Below, piece after piece: positions 39,494 to 48,591 of a DNA stretch of 64,000 nucleotides (positions are counted from its first letter, which is position 1; the number at the start of each line of letters is the position of its first letter). Source of the DNA: Candidatus Moraniibacteriota bacterium. GTDB lineage: Bacteria; Patescibacteriota; Minisyncoccia; Moranbacterales; UBA1568. The position numbers and the translations under genes are program-made. Under the pieces are notes generated by a model. The model did not search any database. It was not told the DNA's origin and saw nothing but the letters and a program-made list of their open reading frames with translations. The DNA is taken from NCBI GenBank assembly GCA_052035095.1, contig JBPOHW010000005.1, positions 30,269 through 94,268 on the forward strand, in the 5' to 3' direction.

Positions 39494-40429
39494 CTACAAT
39501 AAGTAAACTCCAAAAGCAACAACTGCTATAGAACATATTTTAACACATAAACCGCGAAATTGATCTCGATATATTTTTTGTACAAACAGTGTCTGAAAAC
39601 GAAAAATCCACAAAAATACTATCAATAGAGCGCTAAACAACATCACAAAAGCCGGAATCAGGGTTTCCAAGACCGCAACAAAAGACGGTGAAGAGGAAAG
39701 GGAGAGCGCTCGTTGCGAACACAAAAATCCGAGAAGCGCCAGCCCTTCGCTTATCAAAAACACAAACCAATATCGTCGCGCCAGCTGAAACACTTTTGCA
39801 TTTCGTACTTTCACCGCCCACACAAGCGGCGCCACCAAAAATGCACCGAGTGAGAAAAGGAGATATCCGCTCCAAAATCCACCTTCTCCGACCAACTCAT
39901 ACGCGTGGGATTGAATTACCATACTTGCGGCAAGAGAGATATTCGCAAACAACATAGTCCCGGCGATAGACCAAAATCCTTCCGCGCGAATCGATGAGTC
40001 CATTGAAAGAAAAAATCCGCCGAGAAAAGCGACAAAAATTCCAACATACTGAATCCATTCAAGCCGTTCCCCAAGCGTGACCCATGAAAAAACCGGAACG
40101 AGGGGAAGTGAAAGCGTCCACAGTACCTGCGCCAGCGAGACATCGTTCTTTTGAAAGAGGGCTTTAAAATAAAAGTAGAAAGCCCCCATATAGAGGAAGC
40201 CCCCAAGAAGAAAAAGAACAAAAGGAAACATCGGAAGAAGCTGAAATTCCAAGATACCGAAAGGAACGGCAATCCATGGAACGATCTGAAAAAAACTCGA
40301 CAACAAAAGACCGTCAAGCGGTCCATCATAGATATCCTCAACAAAATACACGTCAATCAAATTGACAATCGCCCACAAGGCCGGCGCGCACAGCGCCAAG
40401 AGAAACCAATTATCCCAGAGAAAGTGCAT
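39494..40429 (-). CDS. EamA/DMT-superfamily transporter
   Basis: About 10 TMs, YFYFKAL, LGERLEWIQYVG. Confidence 0.8.
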   Translation of the reverse strand: MHFLWDNWFLLALCAPALWAIVNLIDVYFVEDIYDGPLDGLLLSSFFQIVPWIAVPFGILEFQLLPMFPFVLFLLGGFLYMGAFYFYFKALFQKNDVSLAQVLWTLSLPLVPVFSWVTLGERLEWIQYVGIFVAFLGGFFLSMDSSIRAEGFWSIAGTMLFANISLAASMVIQSHAYELVGEGGFWSGYLLFSLGAFLVAPLVWAVKVRNAKVFQLARRYWFVFLISEGLALLGFLCSQRALSLSSSPSFVAVLETLIPAFVMLFSALLIVFLWIFRFQTLFVQKIYRDQFRGLCVKICSIAVVAFGVYLL

Positions 40430-40486
40430 ATCGAAGGTAATCAGTAAAAAACAAAACTAAAACTATTTATAAAAATCAATTGTTTT

Positions 40487-40942
40487 TTACTTTTCCTGTA
40501 TGTTCAAGATTCTCTCTTGCACCCTATCGAGCTCCTCATCAGATACCTTTGGCCCTTCAACTGTTGTAATATAGCCAAGATATTCTGGATGAAATTCAAA
40601 GTGCTTGCTCCAGATATTCGTCTCATCCGCAAGATTTCCATGAAGCGGATACAGCTTTGCATGAACATAGGCAACGCCGGTACCCTCAAATACCATAGCA
40701 ACACGAGACACGCCAAGTGCTTTTTCAAGAATTTTTGCCACCGTTCTCGCCGCACCAAGCAAACCTTGATAGTCATTCTCCTTTAAGTCAAATACGTAGT
40801 TCCCAACATCACTCTTTGGAATCACGACAGTTACTCCAATGGTATTGGGAAATGGCGTCAAAAAAGCAAGGTAGTCATTATCTTCCCATACCTTCCACGA
40901 TTTCAATTCTCCAGAGAGAATTCTTTCAAAGAGAGTGCTCAT
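40487..40942 (-). CDS. HIT-family nucleotidyl hydrolase
   Basis: TLFERILSGE, VWED, AFLTPFPNT.G.TVVIPK, variant triad YVHAK..P.H. Confidence 0.85.
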   Translation of the reverse strand: MSTLFERILSGELKSWKVWEDNDYLAFLTPFPNTIGVTVVIPKSDVGNYVFDLKENDYQGLLGAARTVAKILEKALGVSRVAMVFEGTGVAYVHAKLYPLHGNLADETNIWSKHFEFHPEYLGYITTVEGPKVSDEELDRVQERILNIQEK

Positions 40943-40983
40943 AAACTCGATTAGCTCAATTCAGAAAGCGCTTTTTCCGCATG

Positions 40984-42393
40984 CTATTTCTTTCGCTTCT
41001 CAATCCAAACCTGTCGTAGCGTTTCATCGGATAACTCGCTCGGAGCGCCCATAAGCAAATCTTTTGCCTCGCCTGTTTTTGGAAATGCGATTACTTCACG
41101 AATACTTTCTTCACCAAGAATAGTAGAGATAAGCCGATCCATTCCAAGCCCCGTTCCAGCGTGCGGTGGAACCCCAAGAGAAAATGCACGAAGTATATGA
41201 CCAAATTTATTCTGTATTTCCTCTTCCCTAAGTCCGATCGACTCAAATATGGTTTTTTGTAGCCCTGCATCATGTATACGAACACTGCCAGAACTAATTT
41301 CATACCCATTCAGAACAAGATCAAACGCCGTGGAACGAACCGAGAGCGGATCGCTTTTTATTCGAGATATATCTTCGTCGAGCGGCATGGTAAATGGGTG
41401 ATGCGCGGATGAAATTCCAGTCTTCGAAGTGCTATCTTCTTCAAAAAGCGGAAACTCCGTCACCCAACAAAATGCCAACGTGTCACTATCTTTTTTCTCT
41501 CGCATATCCGGTTTGTCACACCCATAATTCTTCATAGAATCCGCATAGGTCATTTTTGGAAACGGCGTAGAAAGAATTTTCTTGTTCGGAAATATCTTCG
41601 AAACAAGCGCTATCATAGAATCCTCAACCATTTTCATCACATCACCCTCATCAACAAAAGACATCTCAATGTCAAATTGAGTAAATTCCGGCTGACGATC
41701 CTGTCGCTGATCCTCATCTCGAAAGCACCGTGCCACCTGAAAATATTTCCCCATACCGGAGACCATGAGAAGTTGTTTGAACTGTTGTGGAGATTGCGGA
41801 AGAACATAAAACTGTCCATGATGAATTCTCGAAGGAACGATAAATTCTCGAGCACCCTCCGGAGTTCCCTTAGTAAGGATAGGTGTCTCCACCTCACAAA
41901 ATCCATTCTCGCTGTAGTAATTCCGAAGAAAGAGCATTGTTTCATGGCGAGACCGGATATTTCTTTGCATTCGATCCGATCGGAGATCAAGATATCGGTG
42001 TTTCATGCGAAGAGACTCGTCTATCGCATTCGTGTCATCGTCAACGGAAAATGGAAGCGCTGTCGCAGGCGAAAAAATATGAAGAGTTTCAGCGACAAGT
42101 TCTCTGTCACCGAGAGGCTGATTTGGATTTATGAGATTTTTTTGTCGCTCAACGACGGTTCCGGAAACTTGTATGACCGACTCGAGGGAAATCTTCTTTA
42201 TTTGTTCAAATGTTTCTCCGGTACACACAACCTGAATTTTCCCCGAAGGGTCACGAAGATCACAAAAAGCAACCTTTCCGTGCAGTCGGAGGTTGTGTAC
42301 CCACCCAGAAAGAATAGTCTTTTTTCCGACACGTTCCCGACTCTCAGCTATAGAGCAATCATTCTTTCTATAGGTTTTCATAATGGTTTCCAT
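40984..42393 (-). CDS. aspS: Second aspartate--tRNA ligase, bacterial-type without GAD domain
   Basis: RYLDLR, TPEGAREF, LPQSPQQFKQLLMVSG, CFRDED..DRQPEFTQ, HHPFT, VIAFPKT. Confidence 0.92.
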   Translation of the reverse strand: METIMKTYRKNDCSIAESRERVGKKTILSGWVHNLRLHGKVAFCDLRDPSGKIQVVCTGETFEQIKKISLESVIQVSGTVVERQKNLINPNQPLGDRELVAETLHIFSPATALPFSVDDDTNAIDESLRMKHRYLDLRSDRMQRNIRSRHETMLFLRNYYSENGFCEVETPILTKGTPEGAREFIVPSRIHHGQFYVLPQSPQQFKQLLMVSGMGKYFQVARCFRDEDQRQDRQPEFTQFDIEMSFVDEGDVMKMVEDSMIALVSKIFPNKKILSTPFPKMTYADSMKNYGCDKPDMREKKDSDTLAFCWVTEFPLFEEDSTSKTGISSAHHPFTMPLDEDISRIKSDPLSVRSTAFDLVLNGYEISSGSVRIHDAGLQKTIFESIGLREEEIQNKFGHILRAFSLGVPPHAGTGLGMDRLISTILGEESIREVIAFPKTGEAKDLLMGAPSELSDETLRQVWIEKRKK

Positions 42394-44381
42394 TAAGGAA
42401 TAATATGTGTCTGGCTTCTTGGAAATAGAACTACGTCTTCAACGGTATTATACCCAAGTAATTTCGCAACAACCCGATCAATTCCAAGACAAAAACCGCC
42501 GTGCGAAACCGGCGTCTTGAAGTAATCGAGATAAAACTGAAAGTTTTCAGGATTTACTCCTGACATCTTCATTCTTTCAACAATACGAGAAGCATCGGTT
42601 TCTCGTACGGCGCCAGAACAAATTTCCCAGCCCCTATAAATAATATCAAAGGACTCTGTATAGTGCTCGTCCACCTCTTTCGTATAAAACTTTTTCGTGA
42701 GATTCGGATAATGAACAATCGCAAAAATATCCCAGCTACGATTTTCTTTTAAGAAATTTGCCAATTCGTATTCCCTGCTATAACCAAGATCATCCCCGTA
42801 CGAATATTCAGTATCAACATGAGCTGTCACTATCTCAAATACCTCGTCATAACTTATGGATTGTATTTCCTTCGCAATAACATTTTCTTGCGCAATAAGT
42901 TGCCCTTCCAATAATCTCTCCGAGGAAAAATTCAGTATTTCTCCAGCAACAGCAAGTAGAGCATTGATTCCTTCATTTTTCTTCAGTTGCATTTCAACAT
43001 CAAGCCCCCATGCTTCTGATAAATGCCTTGCAGTAGGACTCGTCTCCTCACGCCAAAATGGTCCATACTCAAAAACGCGCCTCATCCCAGACAGAACAAG
43101 CATTTGCTTATACATCTGATTAGACTGTCGCAAAAAAAGTTTTCTTTCATACCATTGAACAGAGAACAATTCCTCACTTGCATTGTTTCTCGGTGGGTCA
43201 GTTGATATTGGTACTACATACGGAGTATGCACTTCCGTATAAACCTCCTTTTCTTGCAGATAATCTCGGAAGCCCTTTTCAAAAACGCTTCTCAAAAAAG
43301 CAACGTGCGCTAAATTTTTATTGAGCCTCTTCTTGCTCAATTCTAAGTTTAAGCCGACCTCCACACTTATCAACTCTTTTTCTATAGCACGATACACCTC
43401 ACCGACACGTTCTCTTATAATCTCATTTGCCTTTTCAATTTGAGCAACTCGATCCCTATATCGTTGAGCAGTCAGTTTTTTTATGGTCGCTATTGAATAG
43501 ATAGACGCGCTTTTGTTCAAAGATGCAAGCAAAATCGTATTCTGAGGGTTTCCAACATCGATAATTTTTGGTATATGGAACAACTTATTTATTTTCTCTG
43601 ACTCTTCATAAGAAAGAACATCCGAAAGACAGAAGAAAACGGCATCGTACTCGCCTATTTTATCGAGATACTCACTAAATTCGACTCTGGCTCTTGCCAC
43701 TCCGGTTTCAACCAATTTATTTGCTCGAGACTCTGTCCTATTTGTAACATCAATAGATTCAAAACCTTTTTCATGTAAAACATGTGCAATGAGGCTCCCC
43801 ATAGCTCCACATCCGACAATCAGAATGCACTGAGACTGATCGCCATTTACATTTTGAAGCAACTCAACCGCTTGTCGACCGACTGAAACGTTTCCAATCC
43901 CTATCATTGTTTGTTCTTTTACGGAAAGCGCTACTCTTTTGGCTGAACGAAAAAGAACCTCCATTACCGGACCAGAGGCTTTAAATTTTTTACTGCTCGT
44001 CAAAGCAAATCGAACCTGTCCAAGTACTTGACCATCCCCAATGGTCACGCTCTTTAATCCGGAAGACACTTGCAAGAGATGCTCGACACATTTGTATTCA
44101 CGGTAAAGGGCGATGTCAGATCCGCCGAAGCCATCTGGAGAGATACTAACTAATCTCCACGTTTTTACAATTTTTTCCAAATCAAAAACCCCCCAGACAA
44201 AAATCTCCGTGCAATTACATTTTTGCAAAATGACTACCTCCTCTACACAGGGGAGTTTCTTAAATTCACTATATCCCCGCGAAATATCTTTAATATTACA
44301 GGCATTGACGATATCCTGAGTGTTATTATTTAGACTTATTGAAATACAATAAAGGTCTCTTTTTTGCAAAGTTTTCCCCAT
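42393..44381 (-). CDS. Fusion of a glutamyl-tRNA-reductase (HemA)-like domain and an anticodon-less AspRS-like catalytic domain
   Basis: N-part: ILQKCNCTEIF, SGLKSVTIGDGQVLGQV, VSVG, IVGCGAMG, NRT..RA. C-part: EVHTP, LRQSNQMYKQ, GPFWREE..RHLSE..LDVEM, EICSGAVR, HGGFCLGIDR, LFPR. Confidence 0.88.
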   Translation of the reverse strand: MGKTLQKRDLYCISISLNNNTQDIVNACNIKDISRGYSEFKKLPCVEEVVILQKCNCTEIFVWGVFDLEKIVKTWRLVSISPDGFGGSDIALYREYKCVEHLLQVSSGLKSVTIGDGQVLGQVRFALTSSKKFKASGPVMEVLFRSAKRVALSVKEQTMIGIGNVSVGRQAVELLQNVNGDQSQCILIVGCGAMGSLIAHVLHEKGFESIDVTNRTESRANKLVETGVARARVEFSEYLDKIGEYDAVFFCLSDVLSYEESEKINKLFHIPKIIDVGNPQNTILLASLNKSASIYSIATIKKLTAQRYRDRVAQIEKANEIIRERVGEVYRAIEKELISVEVGLNLELSKKRLNKNLAHVAFLRSVFEKGFRDYLQEKEVYTEVHTPYVVPISTDPPRNNASEELFSVQWYERKLFLRQSNQMYKQMLVLSGMRRVFEYGPFWREETSPTARHLSEAWGLDVEMQLKKNEGINALLAVAGEILNFSSERLLEGQLIAQENVIAKEIQSISYDEVFEIVTAHVDTEYSYGDDLGYSREYELANFLKENRSWDIFAIVHYPNLTKKFYTKEVDEHYTESFDIIYRGWEICSGAVRETDASRIVERMKMSGVNPENFQFYLDYFKTPVSHGGFCLGIDRVVAKLLGYNTVEDVVLFPRSQTHIIP

Positions 44382-44551
44382 ACAACAAAAAAAATTCAGT
44401 AAGCAACCGACAAAAAGAAGTTATCAGGAAAGTAAACGAAAGACAAGTGCAGGCTTCTTCACTACGAAATTGCAAGACATCAGAACATCCATCCCCATCG
44501 TTTCAGCCGTTTGCTATCCTTTCTTTATAAATAGCTCCCTGATATAGGAAA

Positions 44552-45847
44552 TTAGGAAACCCATCCCCATTTTTGTAACAAAGGAAGCTCTTTTTCTGCA
44601 AATTGAACGCCGATATCTGTTCGGTAAAACATCTTCGGAACAATAATCTTTTCAACAATGCAATATACCTCTCCCCTTGCTTTTTCTATAGAATCTCCAA
44701 ATCCGGTAACGTAGAGTATAAACCCGTTGCTTCCGGAAATATAGTAATTCTTTCCCTCAGTTCCTCTATCCTTGGAAATTTCTTCAAAATGAACTCGACT
44801 TCGTTCCTCATGAGAAAGTGGGCAACTAAAGAAAACTCTCACACCTTTTGATGAATATATCGATGATATACCTTCATAGGGAAATGGTGGCGCCGCTACA
44901 GAGACAACTACGCCAAATCCGTGTTTATACTTCAAATCATACGATTTTCCATCCGCCACGGCACTCAAAAATTCCGTCCATGGGGAAAGATGGATTTCCG
45001 CTTGCAGCTGAGTGGAGGGACAACCAAGTCGCGAGGTAACCTCAAGCGGATACAGAGCCTTTTTATCAAGGATGCAATTTATGTCAATATCGCCTCTAAA
45101 ATCAATTTTCTGAAGATATGATTTCATCTTGGCAAGCGTCTGACAAAAAAGCTGGTTATTTTCATTATCGGTATACCACATCACCGTTCCCATTTCTCCG
45201 GTTTTCGGTCCGATACCATCGTTAAAAAGACTTTTGTGCTCAACATTGATTTCGATTGGTCCCACCCAATCCTTTCCATTAAAATAACGAGCAACCCCAA
45301 CCTCTATTCCCATCACCTTTTTCTGCAGGTCGATATCTTGAATTCCAACCTCATCATATTTTTTCAACACACTCAAAACATCCTCCCCATCATCAACTTT
45401 TCCAACATAATTAAGCGAACTTTGGTGACTATTCTGCTTTATCACCCACTGGCCCGGATGTTTTTTTAAAAATGCTATCGCCTTTTTCGGGCTCTCAAAA
45501 CGAAACGACGGGAGTATGGCAATCCCGCATTCCTCTAAAATTTTTTGTCCGTACTCGCGATTTTTTTCGAGACGATCTCCAAACGCGCTTCCGCCAAAAA
45601 CGCGGTAGCCTTCTTTTCGCAGGCGATCCTGTTCTCGACCAAACCCGACATCGTCAAAAACAATAAGCCCCTTCTTCCCCACCCATTCAAGCTCTTTTTT
45701 CCAGTCATTCGTCTTTTTGACCATACCATCGAGACATTCGCGCCGCTTCGGATCGCGAATATACATTTTCACGTCATTCCCCTCGCCCTTCAGGCGAACA
45801 CACAGATCCGCCCCAATTAATTCCCCCGAAACAAAGAGTATCCGCAT
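44552..45847 (-). CDS. PurD-like ATP-grasp ligase (divergent GAR-synthetase family)
   Basis: GGS...DRLE..R, VIKQ, EHK.LF...IGPKTGEMG, LEVTSRLGCP, FYRTDIG; lacks the canonical GSGGREH start. Confidence 0.75.
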   Translation of the reverse strand: MRILFVSGELIGADLCVRLKGEGNDVKMYIRDPKRRECLDGMVKKTNDWKKELEWVGKKGLIVFDDVGFGREQDRLRKEGYRVFGGSAFGDRLEKNREYGQKILEECGIAILPSFRFESPKKAIAFLKKHPGQWVIKQNSHQSSLNYVGKVDDGEDVLSVLKKYDEVGIQDIDLQKKVMGIEVGVARYFNGKDWVGPIEINVEHKSLFNDGIGPKTGEMGTVMWYTDNENNQLFCQTLAKMKSYLQKIDFRGDIDINCILDKKALYPLEVTSRLGCPSTQLQAEIHLSPWTEFLSAVADGKSYDLKYKHGFGVVVSVAAPPFPYEGISSIYSSKGVRVFFSCPLSHEERSRVHFEEISKDRGTEGKNYYISGSNGFILYVTGFGDSIEKARGEVYCIVEKIIVPKMFYRTDIGVQFAEKELPLLQKWGWVS

Positions 45848-46099
45848 AAAACAAAAAAGATAATTCCTCTCAATCAAACATCAAAATCAAACTCAAAATA
45901 TAGTTTCTAAAGTAAACTTGAATTTATACCATAAAATGATTTACGCGTCAATATTAAAAGTCAAAGAAAACGGACAAAAATGTCCGCTTGAAAAGAAACT
46001 CCATATTTTATGCTCGAAAAATACCCTTTCAATGGGGGAAAATGGGGTTTTCATATCGGAAAATACATCCGGAAAAACATCAACGATGGTCGGAGCTCT

Positions 46100-46714
46100 C
46101 TATTCGATTCCTTCATTCACTTCTTTTGTCGCCTCCATATCGCCCTTTTCGGGCTCGGTCACACTCCCCTCTCCTTCTTGAGGAAGCTCGCCCTCAAGAG
46201 GACTTGCGTCTTCCTCATTCGCCGTCTCATCTCCTTCACTCTCATTCATTTCTTCCGGCTCCACATCATTCGACGGGACAAACCCCGGACCAACGCAGGA
46301 CTCGCCCTCCGGCACGGTTTCATCGTCGCACATCGTTTCAGTGCAGTCCGCTTCGTCCGACCGGCACGACAGATCGGCGCAAGTTGGATCTTCGAGCGAA
46401 CCAAACGCGCACACCTCCGGAAAGGCGGATGCCTTCCGCTCGACGATTTTGTAATACGCCGTTTCAATAGGAGTGTCCCCTTCTCCGCAGACGCCGTCCT
46501 CGGTCTCGCAAATATCGCGCGCGAAACACGCCGACACAGCCGGATCGCAGACGGTCTCCAGCGTCACCGCGTAGTTTCGAGCCACAAATATCCGATAATA
46601 GGTCGCTCCGACCGAAAGAAAAATCGCCACGAAGAAAACCACGAAAAACCACCGAGACGAAAACGATCGTCGCCCACCGATTCCTTCTTCTGCCTTGATC
46701 ACTTTACCATCCAT
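46100..46714 (-). CDS. Membrane-anchored Cys-rich protein with acidic tail
   Basis: One TM, about 10 Cys in the extracellular part, Glu-rich C-terminus. Confidence 0.7.
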   Translation of the reverse strand: MDGKVIKAEEGIGGRRSFSSRWFFVVFFVAIFLSVGATYYRIFVARNYAVTLETVCDPAVSACFARDICETEDGVCGEGDTPIETAYYKIVERKASAFPEVCAFGSLEDPTCADLSCRSDEADCTETMCDDETVPEGESCVGPGFVPSNDVEPEEMNESEGDETANEEDASPLEGELPQEGEGSVTEPEKGDMEATKEVNEGIE

Positions 46715-46921
46715 AAAACATCGCTCTGCAATGAAAAGCTTCGACTTTTTCAGTATACCAGAAAGTGCGTACAATAAAAAATACAACTTTTTTCGCAAAC
46801 CTTTTCGCTTTCATTTCTTTCGCTGTAACAAAAAATCAAGTCCTGCGAAAATAAAAAACGGCGGGAAGAGTATTGAAGCATAATATGCTCTCACTCTTCA
46901 TCCGCCGCGCAAGCCACTCGA

Positions 46922-47392
46922 TCAACGAGTGTCCTCAGACCACTCACAATAGGAAAGCTGATCTTCTCTCACCCCCGGAAAAAGCCCCTCCGCGTTAAGC
47001 CTCCCAAGAGGAAAACGGGGCGCGTCACTTCCTTCAACCGTCCGAATGACATCCTGTCCTGCAAAATAGCACCTCCTCGCATACTCGGTGATGAGCTCCG
47101 AAATCGGAACAAGATGGTTTTCTTGCACGGAAACCGGCGATACAAAGGGGAGGGTAGCAGGCGTCACCAAAGCCCGTCCTGGATCCAGTCTGTGGAAACA
47201 ATATGAACCTGTCGGAATTTTCACAACTTCTTGAAACGGTCGCAAGGGATACCACCATCCATCCTCACGCATTTCCTCCAAAGTAAACTTTCGACGAACG
47301 AGCACGCCATCCGGAGGAAGATACACGAAAAGCTCATCCCCAATATCTATCTCTCTCGGTTGCCCCGGAACCGTAAAGCACATCTTCTTCAT
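46922..47392 (-). CDS. Hypothetical protein
   Basis: AGGAGGT RBS, 156 aa, hairpin at about 46858-46908 downstream. Confidence 0.6.
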   Translation of the reverse strand: MKKMCFTVPGQPREIDIGDELFVYLPPDGVLVRRKFTLEEMREDGWWYPLRPFQEVVKIPTGSYCFHRLDPGRALVTPATLPFVSPVSVQENHLVPISELITEYARRCYFAGQDVIRTVEGSDAPRFPLGRLNAEGLFPGVREDQLSYCEWSEDTR

Positions 47393-47514
47393 CGCTACCT
47401 CCTACCTATTTCTGAATCCTGAAAGGTACTCAATTTTTCACTCAAGAGAATAGCACATCCTTTTCCCGATTGGAAGAGTTGCCCCCACCCTTACCCGAGG
47501 AGAGCACACCTCTT

Positions 47515-48555
47515 TCACAATCCGTTTGCCGATTTGTTGCGTTGATGTTCCTCGAAGGTCTTCGCGAAAAAGGTCTCGCCGGTTTGGGGATTGTTGAGAA
47601 AAAAGTAGAAATCATTCGCAATCGGAAAGAGCGCCGCGCGAAGCGAGACAAGTCCGGGATTGCCAATCGGTCCCGGCGGAAGCCCCGTATTGATATAAGT
47701 ATTGTACGGGGAATCCGTACGCGTTTCTTCAAACGAAAGCTGGGGCTTGTTGGTACCCAAAACAAACTGCACCGTCGCGCAGCTCTCGAGCGCGTGATTA
47801 TCGGCGAGACGCCGCCAAAAAAGATCACTCACCATCTTTCGATCACGTTCGATTACTTCAACGCTTTGATTCGCCGTCCCAATTTCCCTTTCCAGAATAC
47901 TCGCGAGAATAACCACATCAAAAACGCTTTTTCCTTGCCGAGCAGCTTCCTGCCGGAGATCGTCTCCGAAACGCGTCTCAAAATTTCGAAGCATCTTCTC
48001 GAGAATGTCCCGCGGCGTCGCATCCAGACGAAAGGTATACGTATCCGGAAAGAGAAATCCTTCAAGCGAGGCGTCGATCGGCACGCTCGAGAGTATCGGG
48101 TACGTCACCCTCCAGTCGGGAGACGGGTCATTAACAAGTGCCAGCCATCCTTCACCATCAAACCGATTTGCCGAAAGCCGCGCCGCCATTTTCTTCGCGT
48201 CCCATCCTTCGGGAAACGTGAGTTTCACTTCCATCGGCTTCCCCTCTTCCGAAAGAAGAGTCACGACCACTTCTGGCGCCGAAAGTTTCCCGGGAATCAC
48301 GAAATCCCCAACATGAACCTTCCCACGAAGCCCGCCTCGCCACGCGCTCCAGAGGAAATACCACCGCGATACAACGAGTCGCTCGCTTTCAAGTCGCTTC
48401 GCGATGGAAGTAATGTCCTCGCCCGCTTCGATATGAAAAACTTTTTCCCCCACAAACGTACTCTTCGCCATCTTCGACTGATACAGAAAAATACCGGCGC
48501 CAACGCCGGCAACAACGAGTACAACAAAAAATGCAAAAAATATTTTTTTTAACAT
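47515..48555 (-). CDS. mltG: Endolytic transglycosylase MltG
   Basis: LTFPEG, LEGFLFPDTY, ASILERE, SPYNTY..GLPPGPIGNPG. Confidence 0.93.
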   Translation of the reverse strand: MLKKIFFAFFVVLVVAGVGAGIFLYQSKMAKSTFVGEKVFHIEAGEDITSIAKRLESERLVVSRWYFLWSAWRGGLRGKVHVGDFVIPGKLSAPEVVVTLLSEEGKPMEVKLTFPEGWDAKKMAARLSANRFDGEGWLALVNDPSPDWRVTYPILSSVPIDASLEGFLFPDTYTFRLDATPRDILEKMLRNFETRFGDDLRQEAARQGKSVFDVVILASILEREIGTANQSVEVIERDRKMVSDLFWRRLADNHALESCATVQFVLGTNKPQLSFEETRTDSPYNTYINTGLPPGPIGNPGLVSLRAALFPIANDFYFFLNNPQTGETFFAKTFEEHQRNKSANGL

Positions 48556-48591
48556 GAATTGATCATTGAACATTGATAATTGTTCATTGAA

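Noticed and set aside
42393-44381. Calling the fusion gene plain hemA or asnS
   Set aside because: The Glu-binding Arg is lost, there is no dimerisation domain or hem gene context, and the synthetase half lacks an anticodon domain and has Asp-type rather than Asn-type signatures.
44382-44551. c-di-GMP-I riboswitch-like GCAAAC..GAAA..GGG string and a 24-aa ORF (MGMDVLMSCNFVVKKPALVFRLLS) upstream of the fusion gene
   Set aside because: The stem around GAAA does not pair and GCAAAG is missing. The peptide has no well-placed RBS and lacks the C-terminal Asn of microcin C precursors.
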